From an uncultured Nitrospiraceae bacterium (GTDB lineage: Bacteria > Nitrospirota > Thermodesulfovibrionia > Thermodesulfovibrionales > Dissulfurispiraceae): a DNA stretch of 64,000 nt. The stretch lies in contig CAVPIW010000014.1 of assembly GCA_963705105.1 (NCBI GenBank), forward strand, positions 192,001 to 256,000. The letters are read 5' to 3'. Below, one piece after another: positions 58,842 to 64,000 of this stretch (positions within the stretch are counted from its first letter, which is position 1; each line of letters begins with the position of its first letter). The position numbers and the translations under genes were made by a program. A model generated the notes under the pieces. It worked only from the letters and a program-made list of their open reading frames with translations. It was not told where the DNA came from and made no database searches.

Positions 58842-60322
58842 GGAATCCGGGCGGCCCCATTCCTGATGCATTACGATGGGCCTGCGTACCGCGATGGTTT
58901 ACCGAGGACATTTTCACGAGCACTCTTATACAGGACGGGGCATCCTGCCGGGGGACCGATGCTTTTCAAGATGTGACTTCATCGGACTATTGCCGTCCCT
59001 ATGACGCCGTTCATGGCGCATACGAAATCATCCCCGAGATCAGGCGTGTCGTCAACGCGCAATCGGAGGCGAACCGCCGGGAACACTGGCACCGCCTTCA
59101 CGACGCCTTGAACGATTATCACGAAGCCAGGTCCGCATCTTCCGGGCCTTCCGCCTTCCTCCATCGCGTCGAGATGGTGTATCACTCTCTCTTCGTTGAC
59201 GAGGGCACGGGGATGGACCTGCTCGACGCCCTCTTTCTGGACAATCTGGAAGTCAATGACCTCGCCCGGTGCCAGGCTTTCGTTGAAGCGGGAAGGGATT
59301 GGGCCGCGGAATGCCTCCCGCAGGAAGGCAGTGCATGGCGCCTGCGCCTGTGTGAAGCTGAGCTGCGATGGGCTCAGCACCGCTGGCAGGAGGCCTACGA
59401 TCTCGCTCTTTCACTCGCAAAGCTGGACCTCCAGTCGTCAGTGAAAATCTCGCTGAGGATCCGGAAGGTCCTTTGCGGGGCCGGTATTCGCTGCAAAGCA
59501 GAGGAGGGGATCGTCAGGATGCTGAAACAGGAATTGCGTGGCCCTCCGGCTTGTGCCCCCGGATACAGGGCTGGTCTCCTGCGCCTCATGAGTGACGCCT
59601 GCATGAGCGACCTCCAGTGGAAGGAGGCGATGGCGTGCCTGGACGATGCGGCCATGGTCCTCAGGCCTGAAATGAAAAAATATGCGCGTGATCTCTGTGA
59701 AGTCCTGATGGCCGCGGCGCGCTACGCCCTTGCCGGTGAGGACGGCACGGGCGCGTGGAACCATCTCCGTGAGGCATCGTCTGTCGCCGCACAATGGGGA
59801 TCCATACCGCTCAGGGTGGACGTTGAACTGGCTCATGCACGTTTCTTCAGGGCAAGGCATGACTGGCAGGGCGCCCTCTGGCGTTGCCGGGAAGCGCTTC
59901 GGATGGCAGAATCATCCAAAGAGGACATCCTCGCGGCAAGGGTGCTCATGGAGTGCGCCCAGATAGCGAGGGATGAAGAGACGTGGAAGACCAGGAAGGC
60001 CGGTGTCCGTTCATTGGAACAAAGCACGCCTGATAATGCTTATGCCCCAGCCATCGGCTACTGCCGTGAGGCGTTGTCGATTTGCCGGGACTTGCAGAGG
60101 ACAGATTTGGAGGGAAGGGCGAGGGCTGAACTTGCCGCTCTCCTGTGGGAGCAGGGAAAGAGGACCGAGGCCGTTCAGGAAATGGGGCGTGCGCTGGAAC
60201 AATTCAACGCATTGGGCGCTTTGGCTGAGGTCGCCGCGGCGACGGAACTGCTGAACCGGTGGCTGATTGAAACAGGAGGTGATGGCGCCCTCCGGAATAA
60301 TCCGGCAGAAGGACAGGGATGA
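58838..60322 (+). CDS. TPR-like helical repeat protein
   Basis: Repeated AxxxxxEALxI..LAxL motifs; N-terminal ACVPRWF. Confidence 0.7.
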   Translation: MRNPGGPIPDALRWACVPRWFTEDIFTSTLIQDGASCRGTDAFQDVTSSDYCRPYDAVHGAYEIIPEIRRVVNAQSEANRREHWHRLHDALNDYHEARSASSGPSAFLHRVEMVYHSLFVDEGTGMDLLDALFLDNLEVNDLARCQAFVEAGRDWAAECLPQEGSAWRLRLCEAELRWAQHRWQEAYDLALSLAKLDLQSSVKISLRIRKVLCGAGIRCKAEEGIVRMLKQELRGPPACAPGYRAGLLRLMSDACMSDLQWKEAMACLDDAAMVLRPEMKKYARDLCEVLMAAARYALAGEDGTGAWNHLREASSVAAQWGSIPLRVDVELAHARFFRARHDWQGALWRCREALRMAESSKEDILAARVLMECAQIARDEETWKTRKAGVRSLEQSTPDNAYAPAIGYCREALSICRDLQRTDLEGRARAELAALLWEQGKRTEAVQEMGRALEQFNALGALAEVAAATELLNRWLIETGGDGALRNNPAEGQG

Positions 60323-60421
60323 CTTCTTCGAGGATGAGATGATCGGGGCTGTTCGTCTCCGGCAGCGGCGAGAGTGCCGAAGGGATTGCGTTGTCAACGA
60401 AAATTATGGTATTTAGTATGT

Positions 60422-60844
60422 ATGCGCGCAAAGCACTTTCACTGGACGCTTAGACTGATCTGCCTGCTTTATGTTGTTTTCAGGGTCATTGTCCCTTACT
60501 CCCACTCTCATGCGGAAGATGCCCCGGCCGAAAAGGGCTTGATCAGGGCGGACAGCGGCACAGACCTGTTTCCCCTCTTTTCGGCAAGAGACTGCTGTGA
60601 GTTGCACGAGACGGGTCATGACGACGGCGATGACCATCACATCCATTTCTTTATAGAAGACAGGTATGCCGGCACACGATCTTTATCGGACAATACATCA
60701 TCAAAACTCAAGGCTTGCACTGCCGCTGACACCGTTCAATCGAACGGCGGCGTTCAATCGTGTTCAAATGTAGTCATTTCACCCGCCATACAACCCCGGA
60801 TGGCTTATCTGCGTGAGCACTCCGGGCTTGCCCCTCCCTGCTGA
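60422..60844 (+). CDS. His-rich hypothetical protein upstream of the metal efflux operon
   Basis: HSH, HETGHDDGDDHHIH, C-terminal SGLAPP. Confidence 0.6.
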   Translation: MRAKHFHWTLRLICLLYVVFRVIVPYSHSHAEDAPAEKGLIRADSGTDLFPLFSARDCCELHETGHDDGDDHHIHFFIEDRYAGTRSLSDNTSSKLKACTAADTVQSNGGVQSCSNVVISPAIQPRMAYLREHSGLAPPC

Positions 60845-60919
60845 ATCAAATCGTCTCCTAAGCATATCTTCTGAACGGGAACGCCCGTCTCATACGCATT
60901 CAATACGGGAGGAATAATA

Positions 60920-62146
60920 ATGCACTTCGCGACGATCGTGCTCTTTCTGCTGATGTCGGCGTCCGGGGCACTTGCCGCCGCTTCATTAAGTCTGGAAGAT
61001 GCCGAGAAACTGTTCCTGGGAAATAGTCTGGCCGTCAAAGCGAAACGGATCGAGCTGCAAAAGACCGATGCCGACATTCTTGCAGCCAAAACGCTGTCTA
61101 ACCCTTCGCTGAATTACGAGCTGTCGGCTTTAAAGAGCGGGGAAAGAGAGAATGAGGAAACGTACTCCATCAGTCAAAGCATCGATATCGCTGGCAAGAG
61201 AGGCAAAAGGATCGATGCGGCCCTGAGGAACAAGGAAGCCCGTTTACTTCTTTCCGAACAGGAGATTGCAGAGCTTCTCCTGCAGATGAAGCAATCCTAT
61301 TACAGGGTTCTGCTCCTCAGGGAGAACGGGAAAGTCCTCGGCGAAATCTCCGCGATGTTCTCCGAGGTCGTAAGAACGACGGAAGAACGGGTTAAGGCCG
61401 GGGACGCCCCGGAGGCGGACCTCATGAAGCTCTCTTCAGAAGGGAGCAAAATCATGCGCGGTCTCGAGGCACTCAGAACGGACCTGAAGGTGGAAAGAAA
61501 GAAGCTTGGGGTTCTTCTGAATGTTGAGGAGAATGAATTTGATCCTGCAGGAGAGTTGCGTTATGTGCCCGTATCACTCAATGTGAAGGATCTGACCGAT
61601 CTTGCTCTCAGGGAAAAACCGGGCATCAGGGCGCAAAGCGCGACTGTCGAAGCGGCAAAGGCGTCGCTTTCCTCCGTTGAACGCGATGCTCTGCCGTCCG
61701 TCGATTTGGAGGCAGGATACAAGAGACGAACGGGCGGCTTTACCGGCGTTGTCGTAGGCGTCTCCGTTCCAGTCCCCATTTTTGACAGGAACCAGGGCGG
61801 GATTGCCCGCACCTCGGCCGAGCTCGAGCGTGCAAAGGTAGAACTCGATGCCGTCAATAAAGTCACAAAGTACGAAGTGACTGCTCTTCTCGAACGGATT
61901 GCGTCGTTTCAGCGAAGGATAACCGATTTACTGCAGCATCTTGAGACATCAGGGATGCTGACGAAGATAGCCGCCATCGCCTATGAAGAGGGCGAGACCA
62001 GCCTGCTGAGCCTGCTCGATGCGGTGCGGTCCGAGAAAGATCTGATAATCGAATACAACGGCACTGTGTATGAGTATTGGACAACGCTCTTTGAGCTCGA
62101 GAAGACAGTGGGCGTAAAGGTGATACAAATGGGAGGCACGAAGTGA
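60920..62146 (+). CDS. czcC: TolC/CzcC-family outer membrane efflux protein
   Basis: Signal peptide, SQSIDIAGKRGKR, VPVPIFDRNQG, YEEGETSLLSLLDA. Confidence 0.88.
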   Translation: MHFATIVLFLLMSASGALAAASLSLEDAEKLFLGNSLAVKAKRIELQKTDADILAAKTLSNPSLNYELSALKSGERENEETYSISQSIDIAGKRGKRIDAALRNKEARLLLSEQEIAELLLQMKQSYYRVLLLRENGKVLGEISAMFSEVVRTTEERVKAGDAPEADLMKLSSEGSKIMRGLEALRTDLKVERKKLGVLLNVEENEFDPAGELRYVPVSLNVKDLTDLALREKPGIRAQSATVEAAKASLSSVERDALPSVDLEAGYKRRTGGFTGVVVGVSVPVPIFDRNQGGIARTSAELERAKVELDAVNKVTKYEVTALLERIASFQRRITDLLQHLETSGMLTKIAAIAYEEGETSLLSLLDAVRSEKDLIIEYNGTVYEYWTTLFELEKTVGVKVIQMGGTK

Positions 62147-63648
62147 GAAATATAGGAATAGTATTTGTAATCGTTCTGCTTTTGGGAGGGTGCGCCCCCA
62201 AACAAACGGAGCAGGCAGCGCACGAGGAAGAGTCTGTCAGGAGGACCGTGTGGACCTCAAAAACGGAGCTCTTCATGGAATACGACGAACCGGTTGCCGG
62301 GAAGAAGTCCGGCTTCCTCGTCCATTTGACCGATCTCTCTGGTTTCAAGCCCGTTACCGAAGGGCGACTGACGCTCACTTTCGTTCCCAAGTCGGGAGAG
62401 CCTCTTGCCGTAATGATTGAGAAACCGGACAGGCCGGGCATCTTCAAAACTGAGGTCGCTTTCAAGGAGCAGGGAAACTACGACATGACGGTTTCACTCC
62501 AGGGCAGGGCCCTTTCAGACGTGATTTCCGTCGGCGCCGTTGATGTGCACGGCGGAGACAAGAAGCCCGCACATCATGGAGATACAGGCGGGGGAGACAT
62601 CTCTTTTCTCAAGGAGCAGCAGTGGACAATCGATTTTATGGTCGGGCTTCCGCTGCGGCGGGATGTCTCTTCCTCCTTTGTCGCGGCGGGGGAGATCGTT
62701 CCTGCCGCAAACGCAGAAGCAACATTATCAGCGCCCCTCGCAGGGGTGGTGTCTCTTTCCCAGAGGCTCCCATACGCCGGGAAAAGGCTCAAGGCAGGGG
62801 AGGTGGTTGCCGTAATCGAGCCTCCGATCAACCAGCAGGGCGGCATCGGCCAGTTGTCGGCGTCATATGCGGAAGCAAAGAACAGGGTGACTCTTGCACA
62901 GAAGGAGTACGATAGGGCGAAACGGCTCTATGAAGCGAAGGCGGTGCCTAAAAGAAGACTCGAGGATGCCGAACTCGGCCTTGAAAGCGCAAAGGCGGCT
63001 TTTGAACCGCTGGACAGGGCGGTTCAGGAGATGAAGCCCGGCGCCTCCGGGAACAAGGTCATTATCAGGGCGCCTTTCGGCGGTACCGTCGTGGAACTGC
63101 TGACCGCAAACGGCAAGGCCGTCGATGCCGGTCAGCCGATTCTGAGGCTTATTGACACGTCGTCGGTCTGGCTCAGGGCGAACGTGCCAGCGAGCGAAAT
63201 CGGCGGCATCAAGAACCTCGAGAAAGCGACTTTCACAGTTGCCGGCAACGGAGGCACATTTAAGCCTTCGCGCCTCATTACGGTGAGCGACGTGATCGAT
63301 GCCAGAACCAGGACGGTGCCCGTCACCTTTGAGGTGAACAACAGCGGGGGCAGACTCAAGATCGGCATGTTCGCCGACGTCTCCATAGAGACCGGGCATG
63401 TCGCAAATACCCGTACACTGCCTGAAGAGGCGCTTTTTGAGGATGAAGGGAGAACTTTCGTCTTCGTTCAGAAGGAAGGAGAGTCCTTTGAGCGGCGGGA
63501 AGTGAAGACCGGTGTGCGCGGAAACGGCTTTGTGGCGATCATTTCGGGACTGCAGGAAGGAGAAAGGGTCGTGTTCAAAGGCGGTTACTACGTGAAGCTC
63601 GCGTCGCTCTCTTCAAGAACGGCTCAGGGCCACGGCCACGATCACTGA
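62143..63648 (+). CDS. czcB: Heavy-metal RND membrane fusion protein (CzcB-like lipoprotein)
   Basis: LLGGC lipobox, ELFMEY, FLKEQQW, IRAPFGG, LKIGMFADV, HGHDH tail. Confidence 0.88.
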   Translation: MRNIGIVFVIVLLLGGCAPKQTEQAAHEEESVRRTVWTSKTELFMEYDEPVAGKKSGFLVHLTDLSGFKPVTEGRLTLTFVPKSGEPLAVMIEKPDRPGIFKTEVAFKEQGNYDMTVSLQGRALSDVISVGAVDVHGGDKKPAHHGDTGGGDISFLKEQQWTIDFMVGLPLRRDVSSSFVAAGEIVPAANAEATLSAPLAGVVSLSQRLPYAGKRLKAGEVVAVIEPPINQQGGIGQLSASYAEAKNRVTLAQKEYDRAKRLYEAKAVPKRRLEDAELGLESAKAAFEPLDRAVQEMKPGASGNKVIIRAPFGGTVVELLTANGKAVDAGQPILRLIDTSSVWLRANVPASEIGGIKNLEKATFTVAGNGGTFKPSRLITVSDVIDARTRTVPVTFEVNNSGGRLKIGMFADVSIETGHVANTRTLPEEALFEDEGRTFVFVQKEGESFERREVKTGVRGNGFVAIISGLQEGERVVFKGGYYVKLASLSSRTAQGHGHDH

Positions 63649-63663
63649 GCCAAGGAGACGGTC

Positions 63664-64000
63664 ATGCTTGATAGATTGACGAAAATATGTATTGAAAACA
63701 GACTGATCATTATTGTATCTTCGCTTCTTCTGCTCATTGTGGGCGCTTATGTGACCGTCAAGATGAAGGTGGACGTGTTCCCTGATCTCACGGCGCCGAC
63801 GGTCACGATCATGACCGACGCTCACGGCATGGGACCCGAGGAAGTGGAGGCGCTCATCACCTATCCGATAGAGAGCGCCATCAACGGGGCGACGGGCGTG
63901 CGCCGTGTCAGGTCTTCTTCCGCTTTCGGCATATCCACTGTCTATGTCGAATTCGATTGGGGTACCGACATCTACCGGGCGCGCCAGGTCGTGAGCGAAA
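63664..64000 (+). CDS. czcA: CzcA/CusA-family HME-RND permease, partial
   Basis: MLDRL..ENRL..VDVFPDLTAPTVTIMT..PEEVEALITYPIESAINGA..VRRVRSSS; runs off the window. Confidence 0.92.
   Translation, partial: MLDRLTKICIENRLIIIVSSLLLLIVGAYVTVKMKVDVFPDLTAPTVTIMTDAHGMGPEEVEALITYPIESAINGATGVRRVRSSSAFGISTVYVEFDWGTDIYRARQVVSE

Overview
GC-rich bacterial chromosomal window. Gene content and style suggest an anaerobic Nitrospirota/Desulfobacterota-like organism (inference only). From left to right: (1) a class II CPD photolyase running off the left edge, moaC and a B12-binding radical SAM protein; (2) a Cys-rich PAS sigma-54 activator divergent from a predicted periplasmic CxxCH + triple-rhodanese protein read through an in-frame TGA with a SECIS-like hairpin (putative selenoprotein); (3) tolQRAB, heptose kinase, a ThiI-like gene, YkgJ, PilZ, hisAF, DUF3108 and a GT2 glycosyltransferase; (4) an accessory region of about 26 kb (16.5-42.7 kb) containing three copies of the glycosyltransferase 3' end, an MBL gene behind an attC-like site hit by a group IIC intron fragment, a RAYT-like remnant, two PEP-CTERM genes with sigma-54/TGT-N11-ACA promoters, an intact IS1182, an IS21 istB remnant, a Phd-VapC module and two giant secreted Ig/Gly-rich proteins (about 1960 and 3000 aa); (5) a complete type II secretion locus gspC-D-CPBP-E-F-G-H-I-J-K-L-M-N whose secretin ends in a subtilase-propeptide-like domain; (6) Ap4A phosphorylase, a TPR protein and a CzcCBA-type efflux operon running off the right edge. 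A modular dispersed repeat family with AAAGGCGGGGCGAAG...CCCCGCCTTT ends occupies at least 12 sites. At several operon junctions it forms short open frames that overlap the neighbouring stop and/or start codons, as if relaying translation.
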